DNA of 64,000 nt, taken from assembly GCA_050944015.1 (NCBI GenBank), contig JBMNQG010000005.1, positions 432 through 64,431 of the forward strand, in the 5' to 3' direction. This DNA is from Oscillospiraceae bacterium (lineage in GTDB: Bacteria > Bacillota > Clostridia > Oscillospirales > Oscillospiraceae). Below, piece by piece: positions 18,410 through 28,297 of this stretch (its first letter is position 1; every line of letters starts with the position of its first letter). The notes beneath the pieces were generated by a model that made no database searches, had not been told where the DNA came from, and was given only the letters and a program-made list of their open reading frames with translations. The translations under genes and the position numbers were made by a program.

Positions 18410-20863
18410 ATGGTCTTGGCTCTGCCCGTAAAAAAGAAAAAACGCGAAACTCAAGTCAGGCCAAAGATTAAGGTCTTTATCGCAGACCCAGAAGCAGGTC
18501 TCAGCAGCCCGCAGGTTTCTGAGCGCATTAGCGCAGGCTGGGTCAACCGCTCTGTTGAACCTCCAACAAAATCTACGGGACAAATAATAGCCTCTAACCT
18601 GCTCACATACTTTAACCTGGTCTTCTTCTTTCTGGCCGCCTGCGTCATAGCAGTAGGCAGCTGGAGAAATCTGATGTTTATGCCTGTAGTTCTTGCCAAC
18701 ATTTTTATAGGCATAGTGCAGGAGCTGCGTTCGAAAAAAACTCTGGACAAACTGGCCCTTCTCACAAGTCCCAAGGGCGTCGTAATACGCGACGGCGAAA
18801 GGCGCACCATCAACACGGAGGAAATGGTGAGGGACGATATTGTTGTTTTCGCCGCGGGAAACCAGGTTTTCGCCGACGCGGTGGTGGTGTCGGGCACCTG
18901 CCACGTAAACGAGGCCCTCATCACCGGGGAAGCGGAAGAAATAAAAAAATCCCCCGGAGACAAGCTCCTCTCCGGGAGTTTTGTAATCAGCGGCTCCTGC
19001 CGCGCACGGCTCACAAGGGTAGGTGCGGACTCCTATGCCGCCAAATTGACCCTGGAAGCCAAAAAGTCAAAAAAGCGAATCCAGTCCGAGATGATGCGCT
19101 CCCTTTCCCAACTGGTAAAATGGATCGGCCTTATACTTATCCCCTTCGGCGTGGCCCTTTGCATCAAGGAGATTTCATGGCTGGGCAGGAGCGTGGAAGA
19201 CGGCGTTGTCTCCACCGTGGGCGCCCTTGTGGGCATGATTCCAGAGGGGCTTTACCTGCTCACCAGCTTGGCCCTGGCGGCGGGCGTCATCCGCCTTGCC
19301 CAGAGAAAAACCCTGGTCCACGAGCTGGGCTGCATTGAGACCCTTGCCCGGGTGGACACCCTTTGTGTGGACAAGACGGGTACCATCACCGAAAATAAAA
19401 TGATAGTGGAAGACCTGGCCCTGCTCTGCGAGGACCGCTTCAACGAAGCCGACATACGCATGATAATGTCCGACTACGTGTACGCCATGCAGGACGACAA
19501 CGACACCGCGGCGGCCCTTAAAAACTACTTTTCCGGCGAGGTGCGGCAGAAGGCCATAAAAGCCCTGCCCTTCTCCTCAGCCAGAAAATACGGGGGCGTG
19601 TCCTTCCACGAGGACGAGACGTACATTCTCGGGGCACCCGAGATTATTCTGGGAGTTGAGTATCCAAAATACAGCGAGAAAATAGACTACTACTCCTCCC
19701 GGGGCTGCCGTGTCCTGCTCCTGGCACTCTACGACGGAGACCTGGAGGACCAGGAGCTTTCGGCGGAAATTATGCCCCTGGCCCTTATACTTCTGGCAAA
19801 CAAAATCAGGCCAGAGGCCCCGGAAACCTTCAAGTTTTTTGCCAAACAGGGCGTGGAAATCAAGGTCATCTCCGGCGACAACCCCATGACGGTTTCCGAG
19901 GTTGCCAGGAGAGCCGGCATTAAAAACGCCGAAAAATATGTGGACGCACGCACACTGGACAGTGACAAGAAGCTGGCCGCTGCCGCCACCGAATACACCG
20001 TGTTCGGCCGGGTTACGCCGGACCAAAAGCGGAAGCTGATAAAGGCATTGAAGGCCGCAGGCCGCACCGTAGCCATGACGGGGGACGGCGTCAACGACGT
20101 TCTTGCCCTTAAGGAGGCGGACTGCAGCATAGCAATGGCTTCCGGCAGCGACGTGGCCTGCCGGGTCTCTCATATAGTTTTGCTCAACTCGGACTTTTCC
20201 TCCATGCCCTCTGTGGTAATGGAGGGCCGGCGGGTAATCAACAACATTGAGCGGGCCGCCGCCCTGTATCTCGTTAAGAACATTTTCTCCTTCCTGCTGG
20301 CGCTTGTTTCCCTGTTTTTCACACTGCCTTATCCAGTAACTCCCGCCCAGCTCAGCCTTGTCAGTTCCCTGACCATCGGCATCCCCTCCTTCTTCCTTGC
20401 TATGGAGCCCAACGAGGGAATTGTTAAGGGCAAGTTTTTGCCCAACGTCATTTACCGGGCCTTGCCCGGCGGCCTGACGGACTTGGTTCTTGTACTTGGA
20501 ATCCTGCTGTTTTACATCGCTTTCAATGTAAACGCCGGGGAGATGTCCACCATATGCGCCATTGTAATGGGAATTGTGGGGCTGCTTGTGGTGCACAGGA
20601 CCTGCAAGCCCTACACGCCGCTTAGGAAAATCCTCATGTGGTTTTTGTCCATAACCTTTGGCCTCTGCGTCCTGTTCCTCAAAGGCCTGTTTACCCTCTC
20701 CCCTCTGGATTTCCCCAGCATGCTGGTGCTGGCTGTATTTTCCCTTTTGGCCTATCCGATCATGTCTGTTTTTTCAAAGTGGCTGGACGACATAAAGAAC
20801 TACTTCCAGGCTAGGCACTCAAAGCACAGAAGGCACCGCCGAAACGTAAAAAGAAGAGCATAA
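18410..20863 (+). CDS. Cation-translocating P-type ATPase (type II-like)
   Basis: 817 aa. Motifs TGE, PEGL, phosphorylation motif DKTGTIT, and hinge MTGDGVNDVLALKEAD. Confidence 0.9.
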   Translation: MVLALPVKKKKRETQVRPKIKVFIADPEAGLSSPQVSERISAGWVNRSVEPPTKSTGQIIASNLLTYFNLVFFFLAACVIAVGSWRNLMFMPVVLANIFIGIVQELRSKKTLDKLALLTSPKGVVIRDGERRTINTEEMVRDDIVVFAAGNQVFADAVVVSGTCHVNEALITGEAEEIKKSPGDKLLSGSFVISGSCRARLTRVGADSYAAKLTLEAKKSKKRIQSEMMRSLSQLVKWIGLILIPFGVALCIKEISWLGRSVEDGVVSTVGALVGMIPEGLYLLTSLALAAGVIRLAQRKTLVHELGCIETLARVDTLCVDKTGTITENKMIVEDLALLCEDRFNEADIRMIMSDYVYAMQDDNDTAAALKNYFSGEVRQKAIKALPFSSARKYGGVSFHEDETYILGAPEIILGVEYPKYSEKIDYYSSRGCRVLLLALYDGDLEDQELSAEIMPLALILLANKIRPEAPETFKFFAKQGVEIKVISGDNPMTVSEVARRAGIKNAEKYVDARTLDSDKKLAAAATEYTVFGRVTPDQKRKLIKALKAAGRTVAMTGDGVNDVLALKEADCSIAMASGSDVACRVSHIVLLNSDFSSMPSVVMEGRRVINNIERAAALYLVKNIFSFLLALVSLFFTLPYPVTPAQLSLVSSLTIGIPSFFLAMEPNEGIVKGKFLPNVIYRALPGGLTDLVLVLGILLFYIAFNVNAGEMSTICAIVMGIVGLLVVHRTCKPYTPLRKILMWFLSITFGLCVLFLKGLFTLSPLDFPSMLVLAVFSLLAYPIMSVFSKWLDDIKNYFQARHSKHRRHRRNVKRRA

Positions 20864-20867
20864 AAAC

Positions 20868-20893
20868 AGCCCCTGCTAAAAACTGCAGGGGCT
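20868..20893. terminator. Hairpin AGCCCCTGC-N8-GCAGGGGCT between convergent genes
   Basis: Perfect 9-bp stem. T-rich sequence follows on the plus strand. Confidence 0.7.
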
Positions 20894-20908
20894 TCTTATT
20901 TGCAAAAA

Positions 20909-21430
20909 TCACTTTGTCAGTTCCCGAATATAGGGCATCTTTGAAAGGGCCAAAAACAGCGCGCTGCCGGCCACGGAGCCGAATATGCCCTGCACGCAGT
21001 TTCCTGGTATGTCCGCCAGGGCTCCCCATCCGTAGCCCAGGAAAACCGCGCTGTAGACAAAATAGCCCAGCACCATCAACACCGCACCGGCCAGGGAGGC
21101 CAGAAAGGCGGCAACTGCAGGTTTTGAGCCGCCCATTTTTCTAAGCAGGAATCCCGAAAGCAGGGCCATGGCGCCCTTAATCACCAAGGTGCCGGGCGCA
21201 TAGACCACGTAGCCCAATATGGCGTCCGCCAGGGCGCTGCCCAGTCCTGCGGAAATCGCGCCCCAGGTCGGGCCGAGCAGGAAAGCTCCCAGGAGCACCA
21301 TGGAATCCCCCGGATTTACATATCCCCCCGTTGGGGACGGGATTACTATGACAATGGTCGCCACGCAGGTCAGTGCGGCAAACAGGGCTCCCATCACCAG
21401 CTTTATTAGTTTATTCCTGCTATAAAGCAT
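20909..21430 (-). CDS. ECF-transporter S-component-like membrane protein
   Basis: ATG at 21430, MLYSRNKLIKLVMGALFAALTCVATIVIVIPSPTGGYVNPGDSMVLLGAFLLGP...GSALADAILGYVVYAPGTLVIKG. The pattern is typical of ECF substrate-capture subunits. Confidence 0.65.
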   Translation of the reverse strand: MLYSRNKLIKLVMGALFAALTCVATIVIVIPSPTGGYVNPGDSMVLLGAFLLGPTWGAISAGLGSALADAILGYVVYAPGTLVIKGAMALLSGFLLRKMGGSKPAVAAFLASLAGAVLMVLGYFVYSAVFLGYGWGALADIPGNCVQGIFGSVAGSALFLALSKMPYIRELTK

Positions 21431-21437
21431 TAATGTT

Positions 21438-21935
21438 CTACCCCTGTTCGACAGGCTGGATATCGCTAATTGTGAGGTACAGCTTGGCGTCTCCCGCATA
21501 GATAACCAGCGTGTGCCCGACACCATACAGGGTGCCGTTTATGGTAACTCCATGTGGGCCCAAATACCCCTGCGCCTGGGAGGTAAGCAGCAGCGAGCAG
21601 TAGCCCTCCTTGTGGGTGGTTTTAATTTCGCCGTCGCTGGTTTCCGCGAAACTGATGGACTCGCCTGTCTCAAAATCGGTGATTACACCCAGATTGTTGC
21701 GGCCGGCGGCGTCTATCACAGGATTACCTATTTCCAACCGCTCCACAACATAATTGGGCGCCTCTTCATGGTAAAAGGTTATGGCCACAGGCACGGGATT
21801 ATTACCATAGTCCGCGCTGCGCCCCTGAATAAATTTATACGCGAAAAATGCAAGCACCAGTATAATAATGGCGATTATGACAGCGTCGATGATGTTTAGC
21901 TTACCGAAAAGCTTTCCTTTGTTGTTCATAGCCAT
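21438..21935 (-). CDS. Single-pass membrane protein (recalled as DUF4330-like; not verified)
   Basis: 165 aa. N-terminal KGKLFGKLNIIDAVIIAIIILVLAFF anchor. Co-oriented with the S-component gene. Confidence 0.55.
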   Translation of the reverse strand: MAMNNKGKLFGKLNIIDAVIIAIIILVLAFFAYKFIQGRSADYGNNPVPVAITFYHEEAPNYVVERLEIGNPVIDAAGRNNLGVITDFETGESISFAETSDGEIKTTHKEGYCSLLLTSQAQGYLGPHGVTINGTLYGVGHTLVIYAGDAKLYLTISDIQPVEQG

Positions 21936-22144
21936 TTCCTTTCAGGACAGTTCCCGTCCGTGCGTTTTGTTCCTATGATGTTTTCTAATATACCCCATTG
22001 CCCGCTGCCAAGTCAAGCCTGACAGAATCCAAATAAAAGCCCGGCAGATTATTTTATGTTTTACAAAGTAAGGGGAGTATTCTATAATAGGGCGTATTGT
22101 GATTTCACTCAAAAGCAAATTTCGCCATGAAGGAAGGTTGAATC

Positions 22145-24091
22145 TTGAAATATCCTCATCTTTTCCAGCCTATCACGCTGCGCGGGCTGACCCTGAAAAA
22201 CCGAATTTTTTCCGCCCCCACCTCCCTTGCGGAGCTGGGCCCCGACGAGCATTATTCCAGGGCCAACATTGAATATTACAAACTACGGGCAGTGGGCGGC
22301 GCGGCTCTTGTCACAGTAGGCGACGTCATTGTGGATCTTGATACTGGCCGCTCCCATCCTCAGCAGACCAGCCTTAACGACCCTTCCGCCATCCCCTATT
22401 TCGTGGAGCTGGTGGACGCCATACGCTCCGGCGGTGCCGCCGCCTCCGTGGAGCTGGACCACGGCGGGGCCCTCTGTCCCCCCGAGTTCATAGGCGGCAA
22501 AAACGCCATTGGTCCTTCCGGTTACGTGGACGAATGGGGTGACACGGTGGAGAAAATGACGGAAGAGCAGATATATTCCATTGCCGACGCCTTTGCACAG
22601 GCGGCGGCCAACGCCAAGGACTGCGGCTTTGACATGGTTATGATACACGCAGGCCACGGCTGGCTGATACACCAGTTTCTCTCCCCCATCACCAACCACC
22701 GCACTGACAAGTGGGGCGGCTCATTGGAAAACAGGCTGCGCTTTCCTCTCCTTGTAGTTGATAAGGTAAGGGAGGCGGTGGGCCCCAACTTCCCAATAGA
22801 GATTAGAATAAGTGGCTCCGAGAGGATGGAGGGCGGCTACGATTTGGACACCGGCATTGAAATCGCAAAGGCGCTGGACGGCCGGGTGGACCTTATCCAC
22901 GTCTCCGCCGGAACCCAGCAGGATTTGTATTCCGCCATTCTGATGCACCCGGGGGCCTTCCAGCGGGACATGGAAAACGCCTATCTGGCCGCAGAGATTA
23001 AAAAGCATGTGAAAACCCCCGTGGTGGCAGTTGGAGCGTTCAATCTGCCGGACCAGATGGAAAGGTTCATTGCCGCAGGACATGCCGACTGCATAGCCCT
23101 GGGGAGGGCTCTGCTTGCCGACCCCTTCCTGCCAAGAAAGGCCCTGGCCGGCAGGGACGAGGAAATCACCCCCTGCCTGCGCTGCGGCGAGTGTCACAGC
23201 GGCATGATTAAAACCCGAAACATCCGCTGTACGGTAAACCCGATTATCGGCCGGGAGCACGACTTTTTCCACCCCGTTCCCGTGCGCAGGCACAAGAAGG
23301 TGCTGGTTGCCGGCGGCGGACCCGGAGGCATTCAGGCCGCCCTGACCGCCCAAGAGAGGGGCCACAAGGTGGTTCTATGCGAAGCAGGTCCCAGTCTTGG
23401 CGGGGCGCTCAAGTTTGCCGACAGCGGCGCGGACTTTAAAATCCCCATGCTCCGCTACCGTGAAAGCCAGATTAAAAAGCTCCTGTCCTCCGGCGTGGAG
23501 CTCCGTCTGAATACTCAGGTTGATGAGGCACTGGTGGAGGAAATAAAACCTGACGTGCTTATCGCCGCCGTGGGGGCCGTTCCATTCATTATCCCAGTGC
23601 CGGGCAGCGACGGCCCCAACGTCATAGCGGGGGCGGACCTTACCAAAGACACCCCTGTAGGCGAAAGAATCGTCATAATCGGCGGAGGTCTTGTGGGTTG
23701 CGAGGAGGCCGTCCATTACGCCAGGCTGGGACACCAGATCACCATAATTGAAATGCTGCCGGAACTGGCCATGGAATGCGGGAAAATGCACAGGATAAAT
23801 CTCCTGCACCAGATAGACAGCCTTAAAAATATCTCATACTACACCGGCATGAAGTGCCGCTTTATTAGTCTTGAAGGCGTAGCTGCAACTGACAGTGATG
23901 GCAATGAACGTTTCTTACCCGCCGACACTGTGATTATGGCCACAGGCATGCGGCCCCGCTCCGACCAGGTGGAAGCACTCCGGCCCCTGGTGGATGAGTT
24001 TTACGTGATTGGAGACGCCGCCCGACCCCGGAACGTGATGCACGCCGTACGTGAGGGCTACGACGCTGCTGTGAATCTTGGCCTTTACTGA
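22145..24091 (+). CDS. Old-yellow-enzyme / 2-enoate reductase family flavoprotein (FMN domain, 4Fe-4S, FAD/NAD domain)
   Basis: 648 aa. TTG start after AAGGAAGG. OYE-like N-terminus (FQPITLRGLTLKNRIFSAPTS), cysteine cluster CLRCGEC...C, and Rossmann motif VAGGGPGG. Confidence 0.8.
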   Translation: MKYPHLFQPITLRGLTLKNRIFSAPTSLAELGPDEHYSRANIEYYKLRAVGGAALVTVGDVIVDLDTGRSHPQQTSLNDPSAIPYFVELVDAIRSGGAAASVELDHGGALCPPEFIGGKNAIGPSGYVDEWGDTVEKMTEEQIYSIADAFAQAAANAKDCGFDMVMIHAGHGWLIHQFLSPITNHRTDKWGGSLENRLRFPLLVVDKVREAVGPNFPIEIRISGSERMEGGYDLDTGIEIAKALDGRVDLIHVSAGTQQDLYSAILMHPGAFQRDMENAYLAAEIKKHVKTPVVAVGAFNLPDQMERFIAAGHADCIALGRALLADPFLPRKALAGRDEEITPCLRCGECHSGMIKTRNIRCTVNPIIGREHDFFHPVPVRRHKKVLVAGGGPGGIQAALTAQERGHKVVLCEAGPSLGGALKFADSGADFKIPMLRYRESQIKKLLSSGVELRLNTQVDEALVEEIKPDVLIAAVGAVPFIIPVPGSDGPNVIAGADLTKDTPVGERIVIIGGGLVGCEEAVHYARLGHQITIIEMLPELAMECGKMHRINLLHQIDSLKNISYYTGMKCRFISLEGVAATDSDGNERFLPADTVIMATGMRPRSDQVEALRPLVDEFYVIGDAARPRNVMHAVREGYDAAVNLGLY

Positions 24092-24119
24092 TTATAAATC
24101 CGCTTAAAATAGCGCCAAA

Positions 24120-24150
24120 TAAAAATCCCTCCGTGTTTCCACGGAGGGAT
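24120..24150 (-). terminator. Rho-independent terminator (11-bp stem ATCCCTCCGTG / CACGGAGGGAT)
   Basis: Perfect stem with a 4-nt loop. A U5 run follows on the minus strand. Confidence 0.8.
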
Positions 24151-24157
24151 TACCCGT

Positions 24158-26044
24158 TTAGAGCCCGAACAGCGCCAGAAGGCGTTCCAAAAAGCCCTTA
24201 TCTTCCGCCGGCGGCTGAGGAAGTTCCTCGACTTCCTCCCTAATGGAAGGCGTCATCATTACAAACTGGACGGACTGTATGTTCTTATTCTTCTCCGAGA
24301 CGAAGGACACATTGCCTAACTCCTCGCCTTTGTAGCCTGCCAGAAAGTCGTCAATGCCCTCCTGAACGCGGACGTCAATACCGGAAGTCTCATTTTTCAG
24401 CGTGGCAAGGCCGTCGGACAGCTCCGCCGCTCCACGGGACAGGCCGGAGAGGCCCTCCTTCAGGAGCCCGCAGCCCCCGCTAAGTCGGACAAAGCCGTCA
24501 TGGAGGGTCTTATACCCTTCCGCAATTGAGGCCACGGCGGCCGCGTACTTGTCAATGCCGTTCCCCAACTGCCTGGCTCCAGCCTCCAGCTCCTTCAGCC
24601 CGGATTCCAGCTGCTCAAAGCCGTCTGTCAGCCGGGACAGGAGAACCGGCAGGGACTGCAGGGCGTTATCTAGGCCGGCATAGCCCTCAGCCAGTTCTCC
24701 CGAGCTGGCGGCAAGGGAACCGACGCCGGCTTTAAGGCTATCGATAAACTGCTGCTGCGCCCCTATGAGGCTGCTGTTGGCCTCCAGGAGCCTGATTATT
24801 TGGTTTGCCTGCTCTATCTGCGCGCTTACAGATACATATTCCTGAGTGCCCGGTTCAAGGGCGGCAAGCCGGCCGCTTAGCTCCTCAACGGTGCCGCGCA
24901 AAGCTGCCGCGGTATTGCCGTTGGCTGCGGCAATGGCGGAAGGGTCCTGCCCGCTCTCGCTTACGGTGTCGCGGTAGCTCTGGAAGCCGGCCTGAAGCTG
25001 CGCCAGGCCGGCGGAAAGAGCGTCCAGGCCCGTTTTGATGCCCGTGGAAGCCAATGCCAGCTCCGTAAGGTCGGCGGAGGTAACCGAAAAGCCCTCAAGC
25101 CCAGCCAGTATTGAGGCAATTCCCTCGGACAAAGCCGCCGTCCCCGCTGAGAGGGCGCCGCCCTCATCCTTGAGACGGCTTAATCCCTCAAGCATTTCAG
25201 ACATGCCTGCCTGCATGGAGTTCATGCCGCTTCTGAGTTCCCCAGCGGCAAAGTCAAGCTCCCTTGCCCCGCCGGACAGATTGACGGCCCCCTCCGAGGC
25301 GGCGGAGATTCCGTCGCTGAGACCCTTCAGCCCCCCGGTCATCTCCTCCAGTTCGGAGCTGTTAATTCCAACACTTATATTCAGTGGCAACCCGGTAAAC
25401 TGTATTGCGTCCATTTCAAAGTCGCGAACCCGGGCTGCGACAGAAAAATCCCCCTCGCTTCCGGGCAGCAGGGTAAATGTGATAACCCTGTCTCCCCCGG
25501 CGCTGGCGATTGCGCCCCCTTCCGCCTCTATTTCGTAGCAGAGGTCGGCGTCCAAGGTAACGGTTATGTTTAAGGCGAAGCTTTCGAAAAAGCCTTCCGC
25601 CGCCTGCCGGTTTTCCCGCACGGATATGGCTATTTCCAAATGCCCGGATTTGCCGGCAAGTTCCTCTGGTTTTACGGGTTTCCCGTCAAGATAATACTCA
25701 ATGCCTATTTCCCAGGGCAGCCGTATTGATTTAAGCTCCCCCTGGTAGTAAAACCTGCCGGCGGGGGCATAAAAACTAACTTTTCCGTCCTTATAATCCA
25801 GTTTTTCTGTGGTAGAAAGGTTAATAACTGCTGTATAATCCCCGTAATCTGTAACCTGTCCCGCCCGGCTCAGCTCAAAGGAGTTTACAACATAGGCGCC
25901 GGTTGCCTCTCCCTGGAAGTCCAGGCGGGCGTAGATTACCTCCTCTTTCGAGGCGGAGGCGCTCTCTGCAGCACTGCCCGTCAGGCCGAGTATCAGGGAC
26001 AGGGACAGAAACAGTACGATAACTGATAAAACCTGCTTTTTCAT
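24158..26044 (-). CDS. Secreted protein with long Ala/Gly/Leu/Ser heptad-type repeats (YhgE/Pip N-terminal-like)
   Basis: 628 aa. Signal peptide MKKQVLSVIVLFLSLSLILGLTGSAAES. Central repeats of the type LxxGxxxLxxG (e.g. LSDGISAASEGAVNLSGGARELDFAAGELRSGMNSM). Directly downstream of the MMPL gene. Confidence 0.55.
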   Translation of the reverse strand: MKKQVLSVIVLFLSLSLILGLTGSAAESASASKEEVIYARLDFQGEATGAYVVNSFELSRAGQVTDYGDYTAVINLSTTEKLDYKDGKVSFYAPAGRFYYQGELKSIRLPWEIGIEYYLDGKPVKPEELAGKSGHLEIAISVRENRQAAEGFFESFALNITVTLDADLCYEIEAEGGAIASAGGDRVITFTLLPGSEGDFSVAARVRDFEMDAIQFTGLPLNISVGINSSELEEMTGGLKGLSDGISAASEGAVNLSGGARELDFAAGELRSGMNSMQAGMSEMLEGLSRLKDEGGALSAGTAALSEGIASILAGLEGFSVTSADLTELALASTGIKTGLDALSAGLAQLQAGFQSYRDTVSESGQDPSAIAAANGNTAAALRGTVEELSGRLAALEPGTQEYVSVSAQIEQANQIIRLLEANSSLIGAQQQFIDSLKAGVGSLAASSGELAEGYAGLDNALQSLPVLLSRLTDGFEQLESGLKELEAGARQLGNGIDKYAAAVASIAEGYKTLHDGFVRLSGGCGLLKEGLSGLSRGAAELSDGLATLKNETSGIDVRVQEGIDDFLAGYKGEELGNVSFVSEKNKNIQSVQFVMMTPSIREEVEELPQPPAEDKGFLERLLALFGL

Positions 26045-26063
26045 ATTTTCATACCTCCGAGGC

Positions 26064-28121
26064 TTAAATGCTGGTTTTCCGCTTTTTCAGCGTGGTTTTT
26101 TGAATTGCTCCGTCGAATATCATCAGCATTGCCGGCAGGAACAGAAGCACCATGACGACGGAGATAAGGGCTCCTCTTCCCAAAATGATGCCGAGTTCGC
26201 TTATTACCCCGTTGGTGGAAAATATACCTAGCATTTGGCATGCGATGAAGATTATCAGGGCGGGAGTCAGAACAGAGGGCGTCGATGACGCCAAAGATTC
26301 AATAACAGCCGACTTTTTGTCCATGGTATTTCGCATGGTCAGGTAACGCTGGGTAAGCAGTATCCCGTAATCCACAGTCGCGCCGAGCTGTACGGAGCTG
26401 ATTATCTGGTATCCGATGAAATTTAAAGTTCTGCCCATAAAGTAAGGAATGGCCAAATTTATCCATATGGCGCTTTCTATGGTGAGTAGCAAAACTACCG
26501 GTATTGACAGGCTCTTGAAAGTAAACAGCAGAACAAGCCCAATGGAAACTATGGAAGCAACGGTGATGACAAGGTTGTCGTTCAAAACCGTGTCCTTCAT
26601 GTCGGAATTGACAACGCTTTGGCCTACAAGATGGTATGAATTCCCATAATACCTCTCCGCGGTATTTCTAATTCGCTCCACCATGGAAAAGGCCTGCTCC
26701 CCTTCAGGCTCGGTGGCCGCATAAAAGATTATTCGGCTGTAGCCGTTTCGGCGAAGCTCCTTGAGCTGGGCTTCGTCCAGCATCGCTTCGGGTATTTCCG
26801 CTCCCACAAGGCTGGCGTATGAGGTTACTGAGGTGACCCCGGGCGTTTCCTCCAGTTCCCTTACAAGGGAAGCTTCCGATACTATGTCCCCTTCCGGCAC
26901 CAGCAAAACCATCTGCTGGTTTTGACCGAAAACCTCCCTTATAAACTCGCTCTCCTGCTTTATATAGCTGTCGTTGCCGTGCATGCCGGAAGAGCCGTAC
27001 AAAAACTCATTGCTGTTCTGCCCCAGGAAACTTGGTACGATAAGCAGGATTACCAGTATTGCCACGGGCGCGCAGACCCGGACCACCGCCCGGGCAAACC
27101 CGCCGAATCTGGGCAGAAAAGAGCGGTGGCGGGTTTTATCCATCAGCTTTGTGGTTCCCACCGCTAGCACCGGCATTAAAACTACAACGGCCACATAGCT
27201 GCACAGTATCCCTTTTGCCAGCACAAGGCCCATATCGGGCCCGATTTTGAATTTCATCAGGCACAGGGAGAGGAAACCGAAAATGGTCGTCAGCATACTG
27301 GCAGCTATGGCAGGGGCGGATTCCACCATGGCCCTTTTCATGGCCGTGTAGACGTTTTCCGTCTCCTGCCGGTGGCGGGAAAAGGAATGGAGCAGGAAAA
27401 CCGCATAGTCCATGGAAACCGCAAGCTGCAAAATGGCGCTGCAGGCCTGGGTGACGTAGCTTATCTCGCCGAGAAAAATGTTCGTGCCAAGGTTCATCAC
27501 TATCGCAACGCCGATTACAACCAGAAAAAGCACCGGCTCCAGCCAGGAGCTGGTGGCGAAAAGGAGGACAATCAGGACCAGAGGGACCACATAGGCCATG
27601 ATCTGGGAGACTTCCTTCATTGTGACGGTGTGTATGTACGAAAAGTCCGCCGCCTCCCCGGATAATGCGCCCTCCGGCCCTATGACCGAGCGGATCTGCT
27701 CCACAACTTCCACGCTTCTGCCCTCATCCACGATGACCAGATAAAGGGCCCCGCCGGAGGCATACCAGGCGGAGACAAGCTCCTGATCCAGCATCTCAAG
27801 GGACACTGTCACATCCGCCACGTCGTCCAGCCACAAGACACCGGAGACTCCGTCAATGCCGGATAGCCTCGCCTTATACTCCAGCGCCTCTGGCACGTTG
27901 TCTGCGGGTACAAAAACGTTAAGGTTTGGCAGGCTTTCGCCGAAGCTCTCCCTCAATGCCTGCAGCGCAATGCTGGAAGGAGTGTCATCGGGCAGGTAGT
28001 CGGCCAGATTGTAGTTGATGCCCACCGCCGGCACGGCTGCCAGCGAAACCGCCAAAAAGGCCAGCGCCAGAATTAAAATCAGCCTTTTGTGATTAAATAT
28101 CCAGTCCGCCACCCTAGTCAT
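26064..28121 (-). CDS. MMPL/RND-superfamily membrane transporter
   Basis: ATG at 28121 after GGAGGA (MTRVADWIFNHKRLILILALAFL...). About 685 aa with two hydrophobic bundles separated by soluble loops. Confidence 0.8.
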   Translation of the reverse strand: MTRVADWIFNHKRLILILALAFLAVSLAAVPAVGINYNLADYLPDDTPSSIALQALRESFGESLPNLNVFVPADNVPEALEYKARLSGIDGVSGVLWLDDVADVTVSLEMLDQELVSAWYASGGALYLVIVDEGRSVEVVEQIRSVIGPEGALSGEAADFSYIHTVTMKEVSQIMAYVVPLVLIVLLFATSSWLEPVLFLVVIGVAIVMNLGTNIFLGEISYVTQACSAILQLAVSMDYAVFLLHSFSRHRQETENVYTAMKRAMVESAPAIAASMLTTIFGFLSLCLMKFKIGPDMGLVLAKGILCSYVAVVVLMPVLAVGTTKLMDKTRHRSFLPRFGGFARAVVRVCAPVAILVILLIVPSFLGQNSNEFLYGSSGMHGNDSYIKQESEFIREVFGQNQQMVLLVPEGDIVSEASLVRELEETPGVTSVTSYASLVGAEIPEAMLDEAQLKELRRNGYSRIIFYAATEPEGEQAFSMVERIRNTAERYYGNSYHLVGQSVVNSDMKDTVLNDNLVITVASIVSIGLVLLFTFKSLSIPVVLLLTIESAIWINLAIPYFMGRTLNFIGYQIISSVQLGATVDYGILLTQRYLTMRNTMDKKSAVIESLASSTPSVLTPALIIFIACQMLGIFSTNGVISELGIILGRGALISVVMVLLFLPAMLMIFDGAIQKTTLKKRKTSI

Positions 28122-28153
28122 TACCAATCCTCCGATTTTTGGCATAAGCAGTC

Positions 28154-28167
28154 GTTTATAAATAAAC
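28154..28167. promoter_or_regulatory. Palindrome GTTTAT-AA-ATAAAC in the divergent TetR/MMPL intergenic region (candidate operator)
   Basis: Perfect 6-2-6 dyad between the MMPL start (28121) and the TetR start (28298). Confidence 0.4.
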
Positions 28168-28297
28168 ATGATGTTGATTATTTGCCGCCTGTATATTATA
28201 GTAATACTGGAAAACATACTCAATAATCATTTTCTTTTATAGTGTTGATTAAAATACAGGAGCGAACCGGAATGTTGAAAGCAGGTGTAAACATTTT

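Noticed and set aside
19577-20596. Long ORFs antisense to well-supported genes. Examples: 19577..20596, 45655..46644, 37120..38064, 51700..52503, 62219..63010, 22721..23365, 55122..55667, 57287..57847, 2842..3495, 4552..5193, 14995..15645, 59383..59886.
   Set aside because: They fully overlap genes with clear family motifs. Their Arg/Gly/Pro/Ala-rich, low-complexity translations are typical of shadow frames in GC-rich coding DNA. None has a convincing RBS.
22001-22013. A 13-nt exact match (CCCGCTGCCAAGT) to the 3' end of tRNA-Gln plus 3 downstream bases, as a possible distal att site defining a 28-kb element
   Set aside because: It is in inverted, not direct, orientation relative to the tRNA. 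The interval contains housekeeping genes (pyr operon, upp, tsaBE, ftsW-like). A single 13-mer match is within chance expectation once the freedom in choosing the tRNA sub-segment is counted.
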